A DNA stretch of 27,965 nucleotides from Methanomassiliicoccaceae archaeon (GTDB taxonomy: Archaea; Thermoplasmatota; Thermoplasmata; Methanomassiliicoccales; Methanomethylophilaceae): assembly GCA_031285205.1 (NCBI GenBank), contig JAITWO010000002.1:1-27965 (forward strand), given 5' to 3'. This document shows, piece by piece, positions 1-8,765 of this stretch (position 1 is its first letter; the number at the start of each line of letters is the position of its first letter). The notes below the pieces were generated by a model. It worked only from the letters and a program-made list of their open reading frames with translations, ran no database searches and was not told the DNA's origin. The position numbers were made by a program, and so were the translations under genes.

Positions 1-194
1 GATCGCTTTTACGTTTGTCAGATATGTTGAAAAATTGGCTATTACCTGCACAGGATAGTTTCTTCGTGTTGTTGTGCCGTCGCCGAGCTGTCCACTGCTG
101 TTGTAACCACATGCCCATATGGTGCCGTCAACACCGTACATCGTTACCGTGTGTAATAGGATGATATCGGATCCTATATCCCGCCCTCTGTTTT

Positions 195-1676
195 TTAATC
201 ACGCTTTGCACCGCAGATGTCGCAGTACTTCGCTTCCGGTGGGTTCTCGTCGTATCCGCATGTGTAACATTTGCGAGGTTGCAACTTCGCGCCGCAGCCC
301 TTGCACACTTTCAGATCGATCTGATTCTCGAGGCTGCACGCAGGACATATCAGCCCTTTGACACGTATCTTCTCCACCGCTGCCAACGTTGAATCGTCGC
401 ACTTCCTTTCCTCGTTGTACACACGCACCTCATACTCGCCCATCTTTCCGGAGACATCCTCCATCGGCACCCAGTTATCTCCTTTCTCCAATCTCTTCCG
501 TAAGATGTGCTGTGAGGGGTCTGCGCCGGCAGTGTACAGGCCGACGAACGCGCCGCCCTGGGCCATCCTGCCTGATACGCCTTTCACCGTGATCATCTGG
601 TAGCCCGCATGCTGACTTTTTTCTACGGAGACGGTGACCGCTGTCTCCACATCCGCCGTGACAGAAAATGCTGCACTGGCAATGAGTGTTGTATCGTCCA
701 TGCGGCCGCTGCTGAACATCCGGACCTCATGATCGCCGCCCTGCCATGGCGCTATGAATTTGACCTGGGTGTACCCTCCTGTCTGTACATCCTCCGGGTA
801 CTGCTTCTGCGTATGTTCACTGTGGGGTGCGCCCGTGGGCACGAGGATCGCCACCGCCCCTTCCTTCTTCATCTGCTGCGTCAGCCCGATGACGATCGCA
901 TGGATGGTCTCGCCCCCTTCATATTTACTCCCGGCCGATATGCTCACGCCTGAGTATGGTACTTTCATTCCCTGAGGTCCGGCCGGCCGTGCCGCGGCCG
1001 CAGGCTGTGGCGCTCCCTGCCCTTTTAACATGGCCGCATATTCCGGAGGAAGCGATGCCAGGTATTCCGGGGGGAACATGGCCGCATATTCCGGAGGGAT
1101 GGCGGAAGGCTGTTGCGCTCCCGGACCTGCGCCGACAGTGGGTTGGGGAGGGGGAGATTGTCCCATCTTTCCTCCGCACTCGCCGCAGAACGTCACTTTC
1201 GTCTTGTTCATGTAGCCGCATGACTGACACTCGTATTTTGACGGCCCCGGCTGCGGGGCCGGGGGCTGCATCGCTGCCTGGTTCTTCATTATGGCCATCT
1301 GTTCCGGCGGGATCATGGACATGTATTCCTTAGGGATCATGGACATGTAATCCTGAGGGACTGCATCCGGCTGTTGTGTTCCAGGACCTGCGAAGGCTGC
1401 GGACGGTGCCGCGGCAGCTCCCCGCTTGCTTCCGCACCCTCCGCAGAACGCCGCCGATGCGTTATTTGTGTGCCCGCACGCCGGGCATTTGGCGGGTTGC
1501 TGCGCATCCAGCTTTCCGCCGCATCCGCTGCAGAACCTTGCCCCCGGCGTGTTGGTGTGGCCGCATGACTGACATTTGGCCGAGGGCTGTTCGATCTTTC
1601 CGCCGCATCCGCTGCAGAACCTTGCCCCGTCTGTGTTGCTGTGCCCGCATGCGGAACAGGTCAGGCTCATTGTCAT
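195..1676 (-). CDS. Multi-zinc-ribbon protein with two Ig-like/beta-sandwich-like domains and a Pro-rich linker
   Basis: 493-aa ORF; repeated CxxCG-(x)n-FCxxCGxK zinc ribbons at the N-terminus and Cys4 ribbons at the C-terminus (CPACSLENQIDLKVCKGCG; CYTCGYDENPPEAKYCDICG); central region shares the YEGGxxIxAxxxGxTQxM pattern with the next gene. Confidence 0.85.
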   Translation of the reverse strand: MTMSLTCSACGHSNTDGARFCSGCGGKIEQPSAKCQSCGHTNTPGARFCSGCGGKLDAQQPAKCPACGHTNNASAAFCGGCGSKRGAAAAPSAAFAGPGTQQPDAVPQDYMSMIPKEYMSMIPPEQMAIMKNQAAMQPPAPQPGPSKYECQSCGYMNKTKVTFCGECGGKMGQSPPPQPTVGAGPGAQQPSAIPPEYAAMFPPEYLASLPPEYAAMLKGQGAPQPAAAARPAGPQGMKVPYSGVSISAGSKYEGGETIHAIVIGLTQQMKKEGAVAILVPTGAPHSEHTQKQYPEDVQTGGYTQVKFIAPWQGGDHEVRMFSSGRMDDTTLIASAAFSVTADVETAVTVSVEKSQHAGYQMITVKGVSGRMAQGGAFVGLYTAGADPSQHILRKRLEKGDNWVPMEDVSGKMGEYEVRVYNEERKCDDSTLAAVEKIRVKGLICPACSLENQIDLKVCKGCGAKLQPRKCYTCGYDENPPEAKYCDICGAKRD

Positions 1677-1680
1677 TCCC

Positions 1681-2625
1681 TCAGAGCTTTCCGCCGCAGG
1701 TCCCGCAGAACTTCAGGTCGGGCGGGTTGTCGGCACCGCATTCTTTGCATTTGCCGGTTGCCATTTTCGTGCCGCACTCGTTGCAGAACTTCGGGTCGGG
1801 CGGGTTCTCGTGGCCGCATTTCGGACATGCCGGGCCTTTTACAGAGAACTTCGCTCTAGCCACGATATCCGATTCATTGTACTCGCCGTTGTCGATCCTG
1901 AACAGACGCAGCTCGAAATCGCCGGTCTCCTCCGACAGGTACATGGAAACCTGGTTGTCCCCTGCCTGCAGACTCTGCCATGTGACGTATGACGAATTGT
2001 CGGCACCCACACGATACAGGCCCAGGAATGCGCGGTTGTGCTCCATCTTCTTGGACACGCCGTTCACTGTGAATATCGTTTCGGTGTTCGGCGAGCACAC
2101 CTTCTTATCCAGTATGATGGACAGCGGCGACTCCTTTTCCGCCGTCGTCGAGAACGCTGCGCTGGAAAGGAGTGTCGAGTCATCCGGAGAACCGCTGCGG
2201 AAGAACCGTACCTCGTAGTTCCCGGCCTCGAACGGCGCCATCAGTTCGATCCTGGCACTCCCTGTTGATTCAGGGTACCTCCAGTCCTGAGAATCATGAT
2301 GGGGCGCCCCGACCGACAATACGGTCGCAAAGGCACCGTCATCCAGCATGCGTTGCGTCACCCCTGCCATGGTTGCGATCACCGCATCGCCGCCCTCGTA
2401 AGAACTCTTCTCCAGAGTGATCGTGACGCTTGCCAGCTGCGCCTTGGCGTCCGCCGGAGGAAGTCCGCACTCGCCGCAGAACTTCGCCGCCATCTTGTTC
2501 ACGTGACCGCATGCCGGACATGTGTACGTTGTCGGTTGTTCTGTTTCCAGCTTTCCGCCGCACTCGCCACAGAACCTCATCGTGTCCTTGTTCTCGTGCC
2601 CACATGACCTGCATGTTATCGGCAT
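1681..2625 (-). CDS. Zinc-ribbon protein with two beta-sandwich-like domains, paralogous to the 195..1676 product
   Basis: 314-aa ORF; N-terminal CRSCGHENKDTMRFCGECGGK and CPACGHVNKMAAKFCGECG, C-terminal CPKCGHENPPDPKFCNECG and CKECGADNPPDLKFCGTCGGK. Confidence 0.85.
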   Translation of the reverse strand: MPITCRSCGHENKDTMRFCGECGGKLETEQPTTYTCPACGHVNKMAAKFCGECGLPPADAKAQLASVTITLEKSSYEGGDAVIATMAGVTQRMLDDGAFATVLSVGAPHHDSQDWRYPESTGSARIELMAPFEAGNYEVRFFRSGSPDDSTLLSSAAFSTTAEKESPLSIILDKKVCSPNTETIFTVNGVSKKMEHNRAFLGLYRVGADNSSYVTWQSLQAGDNQVSMYLSEETGDFELRLFRIDNGEYNESDIVARAKFSVKGPACPKCGHENPPDPKFCNECGTKMATGKCKECGADNPPDLKFCGTCGGKL

Positions 2626-2637
2626 TTACATTCCTCC

Positions 2638-3411
2638 TTAAACTCTGCCTCCGCAGCCTCCGCAGAACTTCGTTCCGGGATCGTTCTGGAAGCCGCATGC
2701 CGAGCATTTTCCGCTTGGCGGGGCCGGAGGTGCAGGAGGTGCCGCCTTCAGGTCCAGTCCGCAGTTGTTGCAGAAGCGGACGTTGGGAGAATTCTTTGCG
2801 CCGCACTTCGGGCAAGATGCCTGTTCCATGTTCGCCCCGCAGTTGTTGCAGAACTTACCGGTTCCCGCCTGTTTGCCGCACTGCGGGCATATGGTCGTCT
2901 TGCTCTCGATCTTTCCGTCCCATACGACGGCGGTGGCCGCCTTCTCGTCGATGTTGCGCTTCATGGCACCAGCCGCGGCCTTTGCCACGTAAACTTCCTG
3001 CCTGGGGGCGCATCCTGTGCACAGTCCCGCATCCTCGTTCCAGCACTGGTCGCAGACGTAGTTGTTATCTCCGGGGCATTTGTGGAAGTGCTTCTTCGAC
3101 TCGTTCTGTGCTTTCACGAACGCATTCTCGTGCTCCTTGTGCCACTCCGGCGTCATACCCTCGAAACGCTCCGAGTATATGCTCGTTGTATCCGACGCTG
3201 CGTTGGCCGCCGTGGCCGTACGGCCGCCCACAAGGCTCCCGCCTATCCTGGCCAGCCCGCCGAATAGCTTGCTTGCCTTCTTCTTCTTGAATGTCTCCGA
3301 TTCTATGAAACTTGATTTGTACCCGTCACCGCAGGCGTCGCAGTTAAATGTGAACTGGAAGCCGGCCTCGGTACTGTTGTCGTTGTAATTCTTTGTGAAT
3401 GCCTGAAGCAT
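2638..3411 (-). CDS. Zinc-ribbon domain protein with cysteine-rich N-terminal region
   Basis: 257-aa ORF; FNCDACG, VCDQCWNEDAGLCTGC, CPQCGKQ..FCNNCG, CPKCGAKNSPNVRFCNNCG, CSACGFQNDPGTKFCGGCGG. Confidence 0.8.
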   Translation of the reverse strand: MLQAFTKNYNDNSTEAGFQFTFNCDACGDGYKSSFIESETFKKKKASKLFGGLARIGGSLVGGRTATAANAASDTTSIYSERFEGMTPEWHKEHENAFVKAQNESKKHFHKCPGDNNYVCDQCWNEDAGLCTGCAPRQEVYVAKAAAGAMKRNIDEKAATAVVWDGKIESKTTICPQCGKQAGTGKFCNNCGANMEQASCPKCGAKNSPNVRFCNNCGLDLKAAPPAPPAPPSGKCSACGFQNDPGTKFCGGCGGRV

Positions 3412-3412
3412 G

Positions 3413-3787
3413 TTACTTCATCTCCTTCTTGTACATCTTAATAAGTACTGATTCGCCTTTCTTGATCGCTTTGCCGCATACCGTGCACTTCGTCAGTTCA
3501 AAGAACTGAAGCTCCCCGCACCGCTTGTTCTCGCATTTCACCAACAGGGACCTCCCGCATGCTTCGCATTTCCCGGAACCGACGAACGTCTCTGCCTTGC
3601 AAAGCGGGCAGTTCACCGTCAGCTTCCTGCCGCATCCCGAGCACAGTAGGTTTCCTCTCTCGATCGGCTTCAGGCAGTTCGGGCAGATGAACCCGAATGG
3701 GGTCCTGCTTCCGCATTTGGCACAATATTTACTGTCCCCGTCTATCCTCTCCCCGCAGTGTATGCAGGGTTTGTTGTATGTTGACAT
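3413..3787 (-). CDS. Small multi-zinc-ribbon protein
   Basis: Begins MSTYNKPCIHCGERIDGDSKYCAKCGSR; at least four CxxC pairs; ORF track extends further upstream to 3856 but the ATG at 3787 (or 3793) gives the zinc-ribbon start; 2 bp from the next gene. Confidence 0.75.
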   Translation of the reverse strand: MSTYNKPCIHCGERIDGDSKYCAKCGSRTPFGFICPNCLKPIERGNLLCSGCGRKLTVNCPLCKAETFVGSGKCEACGRSLLVKCENKRCGELQFFELTKCTVCGKAIKKGESVLIKMYKKEMK

Positions 3788-3894
3788 AATCATTCTCTCC
3801 TGTCTGTATCCTCTTCTTCCTAAATCACCATGGACGTGTCCGTCTCCTTCGGCCATTTATCTTTTACTGTAGGAAAGGCACCAGGACGGTATTA

Positions 3895-3935
3895 GTGATT
3901 CTCTGTTTATAAAAATATTGTATATAAGGAATGGC
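3895..3935. promoter_or_regulatory. AT-rich divergent promoter region (TTTATAAAAATATTGTATATAAGG)
   Basis: TATA-like elements on both strands in the intergenic region between the zinc-ribbon cluster (minus) and the DHH protein (plus). Confidence 0.4.
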
Positions 3936-3973
3936 ACACAAACAACAAAATACATCATGTTTATGAGGTATGC

Positions 3974-4951
3974 ATGCTAGCTGATATCGCAGAGGCGCTG
4001 AAGGGAAAAAATAAGGCGGTCGTCGTCCACGGGAACGCCGACACGGATGCCGTCGGCTCCGCATACGCGATCGCGGAATGCTTCCCACCCGCCGTGATAT
4101 ATGCACCGGGAGGCGTGGACCGGGTTGCGAAGATCGTCACGGATAAACTGAACGTCACGGTGCTCGGGGAATGTGACCTCTCCGACTATGAACTGATGGT
4201 GGTCGTGGATACCTCATCACCGGAACAGTTCAAACCGGGAACCGTTCAGATACCGAAGGGAAGCGTTGTGATAGACCACCATACACGGACGGACAAATGG
4301 AAAGATATGATGTTCGTATGCGACGAGAGCAAGGTCGCATGCTGCGAGTTGGTCTATGACATAATACGTGCATCTGGTGCGGATCTGAAAAGGGATGTCG
4401 GCATGGCGCTGCTCTGCGGGATGCTGACCGACAGCGGCCACTTCTCATTCGCGAATACGCAGATGATGCGCACATTCGCAGAGATCATGGACATCACCGG
4501 CATAGGCATGGACGAGGCCATGGACTTCCCCCGTTCCGAAGTTGGCATGAGCGAGCGGATCGCCGTCATGAAAGGGATGGAGCGTTCCAGGTTCGACCGT
4601 GTGGGTGACATGATAGTTGCGGTGTCATACGGTGGCAGCTTCGAGGCATCGGTGTGCAAAGCGCTGCTCAACGCCGGTGCTGACGTTGTCTTTGTGGGTT
4701 CGCAGAGAGAGGACCAGTTCAGGCTGAGCGCACGCGCCGATCAGGATATGGTAAGGAGGGGGATACACCTCGGCGAAATAATGAAGGACATCGGCAGAGA
4801 GACGGTGACTGACGGCGGAGGACACTCCGGGGCCGCAGGACTGTCCGGCACAGGCGATGTCGAGGCGATGCTCCATATATGCATGCAACGGACGATGAAC
4901 GAGTTCCGGAAGATGAAGAAAGAGGGCTCAGATCTTACCCAGGCGCTTTAA
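3974..4951 (+). CDS. DHH family phosphoesterase
   Basis: 325-aa ORF with HGNADTDAVGSA, VVVDTSSP, VVIDHH and C-terminal GGGHSGAAG (DHHA1-type) motifs. Confidence 0.9.
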   Translation: MLADIAEALKGKNKAVVVHGNADTDAVGSAYAIAECFPPAVIYAPGGVDRVAKIVTDKLNVTVLGECDLSDYELMVVVDTSSPEQFKPGTVQIPKGSVVIDHHTRTDKWKDMMFVCDESKVACCELVYDIIRASGADLKRDVGMALLCGMLTDSGHFSFANTQMMRTFAEIMDITGIGMDEAMDFPRSEVGMSERIAVMKGMERSRFDRVGDMIVAVSYGGSFEASVCKALLNAGADVVFVGSQREDQFRLSARADQDMVRRGIHLGEIMKDIGRETVTDGGGHSGAAGLSGTGDVEAMLHICMQRTMNEFRKMKKEGSDLTQAL

Positions 4952-5992
4952 TATCTCCTTTATGGCGCAGAACTCCTCCGGCCTCGTCTCGAAGTATTCG
5001 CGCACCGGCCCCAGTGTTCTTATCAGCCCGTCGGTGACGCCTTTCTTAAGGTCCATCGGGTGAAGTTTTCCGGAGAAGTACGCTTCGGCAATGTCGTTGT
5101 AATCGGTGAACGATACCGGCCCCCCGAACTTCTCCGGGCGGTCTATGTTCACTGTCCCGGTCCTCGGGAGCACAATGTGCCTGCACAGCATGAGCACCGG
5201 GTTCTCCTGTTCGGACTCCCTCTCAGGAGGACAGAATGCTTTGCCCATCTTCCTTTTTATGTCGTCATCCGTGTCATGGATGTTCACGCCGCTGTCCGGA
5301 TCGCTCTTTGACATCTTCGAGGCGGCAGGGTTCATCCTGTCCCCGCCTTTCAGCCCCGGGAGCAACGGGGTGTGCAGCGCTATCGGCTTCCTCCATCCAA
5401 GCTTCTCGGCGGCGTCCCTTGCCAGCATATGCGCCTTCCTCTGGTCCATCCCTGCGTACGCAAGGTCGATGTCCATCCTGAATATGTCGGCCGCCTGGAG
5501 TATCGGGTAGAACAGCTTTGAGGAGTCCACTTCCGCTTCGTCCTCCGAGCGGCCCATGATGGTCATCGCCCGTTTCACTCTTGACAGTGATGTTACCTTG
5601 GCTATCTTTATCACCGTCTCCCAGTACTTTATGCTGTCTAGCAGTTCGCTTGCGTACACATACTTGACTTTATCACGGGAGATCCCCAGCGCTTCGAAGC
5701 AGTCCTCCATGTAACCGGCGCATACTTTTATGTTGTCGATGCCGCCGCCCAGTTTGTCGTTTATGTATGCATGCCAGTCCGCCCAGTACACTGTGACGTC
5801 CATCCCTGCGTTCACGAGGTCGGATATCTTCGATGCGACCATCACCCATCCCAGATGGACAAGGCCGGACGGTTCGAAACCGATATATGCGGACGGATTC
5901 TCATTTTTTGATAACAATTCCCTGAGCTCGTCCTCGGAGATCAGTTCTTCCGCATTCCTCTTTATCAGCGATATCTTCTCTTCGATGTCCAT
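4928..5992 (-). CDS. tyrS: Tyrosyl-tRNA synthetase, archaeal type
   Basis: 354-aa ORF; GFEPSGLVHLGW (HIGH-like), WADWHAYINDKLGG, ILQAADIF, YAGMDQRKAHMLAR, KMSKSDPDSGVNI (KMSKS). Confidence 0.92.
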   Translation of the reverse strand: MDIEEKISLIKRNAEELISEDELRELLSKNENPSAYIGFEPSGLVHLGWVMVASKISDLVNAGMDVTVYWADWHAYINDKLGGGIDNIKVCAGYMEDCFEALGISRDKVKYVYASELLDSIKYWETVIKIAKVTSLSRVKRAMTIMGRSEDEAEVDSSKLFYPILQAADIFRMDIDLAYAGMDQRKAHMLARDAAEKLGWRKPIALHTPLLPGLKGGDRMNPAASKMSKSDPDSGVNIHDTDDDIKRKMGKAFCPPERESEQENPVLMLCRHIVLPRTGTVNIDRPEKFGGPVSFTDYNDIAEAYFSGKLHPMDLKKGVTDGLIRTLGPVREYFETRPEEFCAIKEILKRLGKI

Positions 5993-6221
5993 CTTATCAT
6001 CTTTGGTGTAATCTGCGACGTTATAAAACGATATTGGCGTTCCGTGCCGTATTCGGCAGACCGATCATCCCTGAGGCTCGGACCGATGGTATCGTCCATC
6101 ATTCGAACATATCCGCATGCGTCCCCGTTCTTATGAGGAACAGGACCGGCTGATCCTGACACGATCCGAAGATCGGGCCTTCGTGTAATGTCTGGTTTTC
6201 AGCGGACGTAGTATAATTGTA

Positions 6222-7556
6222 GTGAGCGCTTTTTATCTGCGCCTGTGCACAGTGCCATCAGTGGAAGCGGAGATCATCGTGTTCGTGGCGATCATGAGCG
6301 CCGCCGGGGCATCGGCAGGCATGTTCTCGGGCCTTGTGCCCGGGATACATGTGAACACGTTGGCGTCGATGATGCTCATCCTCTACCCTTCGATGAATGC
6401 GACAATATCATCGTTCGCCGACCCTGCATACGTTCCCGTTCTGCTCTCATCGTGTATCGTATCCGCATCAGTGGTCCATTCGTTCGTCAGTTACGTTCCG
6501 TCTGTGTTCACCGGCGTGCCCGATCAGGATAACGTCATGAGCATGCTTCCCGGGCATCGGCTCCTGCTTGACGGGAAAGGGATGATCGCGGTCAGGGCGT
6601 CCGCCATAGGCAGCCTGATAGGAGGTATGAGCGCCGTGATGGTTGCGATACCGTTGCAGTACTTGATGCTCAACGGCCTCGGCGGATATTTGGAAAGTAT
6701 AACGTCCGTTGTGCTCATGATCGCCGTCGTCGCGCTTATCCTGAGCGAGACGACGCCGGGGAAATGGGGATATGCTGCCTCCCTGGTCCTGATCTCCGGG
6801 GCAATGGGGTGCATATGCATGTTCATGCCCGTCCCGTACCATGGTCTGCTGTTCGACGGTGAGCTCCTTTTCCCGCTGCTGACCGGTCTTTTCGGGATCC
6901 CTGTGCTGATATCGTCACCTTCCGGTGCCGAGATGCCTGAGCAGACCGACGATGACCGTCATCCCGTGTCCGTGTCGTCCGGACTGAAGGGTGTGCTCAC
7001 CGGCAGCGCCGTCGGGTGGTTCCCGGGGATCACGGCCACGGCGGGTGCGGCATTCACCAGATTGTTCATCCGCGAGGACAGGCCGGAGAGGTTCATCGCG
7101 TTGGTATCGTCCATCGGCACGGCGGCCGTGGTCTTTGCGCTGATCACCCTTTCCGTAAGCGGGAAGGGACGTTCGGGAACGATGATGGTGGTGCGTGAGA
7201 TACTCGGCGGAAGCATGACGGGACCCGCGGACGGCATATTCCTGTTGATGCTGCTCAGCGTCGCTGTCGCCTCTTTCATCGGATATCTTGCCGCCATACG
7301 GTCGGGGAGGGGCATGGCAGGATTCATATCAAAAGTGAACATGAAAAAGATGAACATGACGATCCTGGCCGTGATCGTCGTTCTTGTTCTGCTCATGACG
7401 GGGGCGTGGGGGATCGCAGTTCTCGCGATATCTGCGATCGTTGGGATGATACCGATCAGCGCCGGCACTGCCAGGGTCCACCTTTCGGGGTGCCTGCTGG
7501 TGCCGGTCCTGCTGATGCAGTTCGGGCTTGACGCGGCATTCCTGTCCCTGTTATGA
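6222..7556 (+). CDS. Polytopic membrane protein, TctA-like/DUF112-type permease family
   Basis: 444-aa hydrophobic ORF starting at GTG; SAAGASAGMFSGLVPGIHVNTLAS and VGWFPGITATAGAAF duplicated glycine-proline motifs typical of TctA-like permeases. Confidence 0.65.
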   Translation: MSAFYLRLCTVPSVEAEIIVFVAIMSAAGASAGMFSGLVPGIHVNTLASMMLILYPSMNATISSFADPAYVPVLLSSCIVSASVVHSFVSYVPSVFTGVPDQDNVMSMLPGHRLLLDGKGMIAVRASAIGSLIGGMSAVMVAIPLQYLMLNGLGGYLESITSVVLMIAVVALILSETTPGKWGYAASLVLISGAMGCICMFMPVPYHGLLFDGELLFPLLTGLFGIPVLISSPSGAEMPEQTDDDRHPVSVSSGLKGVLTGSAVGWFPGITATAGAAFTRLFIREDRPERFIALVSSIGTAAVVFALITLSVSGKGRSGTMMVVREILGGSMTGPADGIFLLMLLSVAVASFIGYLAAIRSGRGMAGFISKVNMKKMNMTILAVIVVLVLLMTGAWGIAVLAISAIVGMIPISAGTARVHLSGCLLVPVLLMQFGLDAAFLSLL

Positions 7557-8489
7557 TCAGCGCCTGCAGCAGCGCCTTCCCTTGACCGAATCGTAGTACC
7601 ATTTGTCGTACTTGTAGCAGATGACATCCTTCTTTACGTAAGATACATCCTCCTCCGCCCCGGACGAGCAGCATCCGGCCTCTGCCTCCTCCAGCGCATC
7701 CTTTACTTCCGCGATCACTTCTTTTATCCTTGCGGTGTTCGTTACCGTTGTCTTCTTGACCTCGGTGATCGTCGCCTCGACCTCGGCCATCAGGTCCTTT
7801 ATGCTCTCCATGAGCTCGCTGACCTTCGCCGCTTCCGTTATGTTCGCCTTTCTGACGATCGTTATGGTCTCTCTCACCTCGGCGATCACTTCTTTTATCT
7901 CAGTGTTATCGATCATCGCCGGCTCCGTCTCCTCGATCGGCTCCGTCTCAGGTTTGTTGACGCTCTTCTTGGGCTCCGCCTTCTTCTGCTCCCCGATCTT
8001 GGCGAACGGTTTGCCGCTTGTCACGATCTCCCTGATACGCTTGTCCTGCCTGAGCTTGAAGAATAACATGAATGTATCAAAGGCGTCGACCGATGCAAGG
8101 ATGTCATCGTCGAATGACTCCCTCTTCCACGCGCCGTATCTCCAGTCGACAGCGTGCGAGTGCCTCAGGTCGCCCTTCCTTCCGTCGTACTCATATGCAC
8201 CCGTTATCTCACCCACGTTCAGGAGCCTGTCGGAACCCGCCCCGGGGACTATTACCAGGTCACCCACTTTCACTTTCGAGGAGAATGCGCGTCCCTGCAC
8301 GGACATCGTCGTTATCGATCCGTCGGGCTCGTTGGGGTATGCTTTGGCCATCAGCGCCATGAGCTCCGGCATGTCCGTCTTACCCGTTAAATTCGCGTTC
8401 AGGTTGCCGATAAGGAATATCCTGTTCTGATCGGCGAACTTGCCCTCGTATTCTCCCTTCAATCCTGCCCTGCATAGCCAAACTGTCAT
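7557..8489 (-). CDS. N-terminal EVE/PUA-like domain (as found at the N-terminus of some Mrr-type restriction proteins) fused to a long charged helical region and Cys-rich tail
   Basis: 310-aa ORF; MTVWLCRAGLKGEYEGKF...AYPNEPDGSI...KVGDLVIVPGAG...VGEITGAYEYD; repeated IKEVIAEVRETI/IKEVIAEVKDAL; tail CCSSG...CYKYDKWYYDSVKGRRCC; no nuclease domain seen. Confidence 0.6.
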   Translation of the reverse strand: MTVWLCRAGLKGEYEGKFADQNRIFLIGNLNANLTGKTDMPELMALMAKAYPNEPDGSITTMSVQGRAFSSKVKVGDLVIVPGAGSDRLLNVGEITGAYEYDGRKGDLRHSHAVDWRYGAWKRESFDDDILASVDAFDTFMLFFKLRQDKRIREIVTSGKPFAKIGEQKKAEPKKSVNKPETEPIEETEPAMIDNTEIKEVIAEVRETITIVRKANITEAAKVSELMESIKDLMAEVEATITEVKKTTVTNTARIKEVIAEVKDALEEAEAGCCSSGAEEDVSYVKKDVICYKYDKWYYDSVKGRRCCRR

Positions 8490-8765
8490 TATTTTTTTCC
8501 TCCCTGTGGTCTATATATATGCACTGTCGACGCCTTATAAATTTATTTTGCCGTTAACGCATATTTTCACCCGTTTCTATGATGGTGCGAGCACAAAAAT
8601 ATGGTTTAACGTGCCCGGTGCACCGTGTCGTGTCGCGCCGGCACTCGGGAATTAAACGGTGAATACGGGGCCGTACACGGGGCCGTGGTCGGTGCCGTGT
8701 ATCTGCCGGACCGCATCCCGCACCGTACCGATGCGCCTTTGCGCGATGTGAAGAACGGGCATTCG

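Noticed and set aside
1376-3290. Long plus-strand ORFs (1376..2218, 2430..3290) opposite the zinc-ribbon genes
   Set aside because: Antisense shadows of GC-rich coding sequence; low-complexity Ser/Arg/Pro composition with no family motif, whereas the minus-strand frames encode clear zinc ribbons.
8665-8686. Tandem ACGGGGCCGT repeat (12-nt period) in the intergenic region before the antiporter
   Set aside because: Only two short copies; too little to claim a regulatory element or repeat family.
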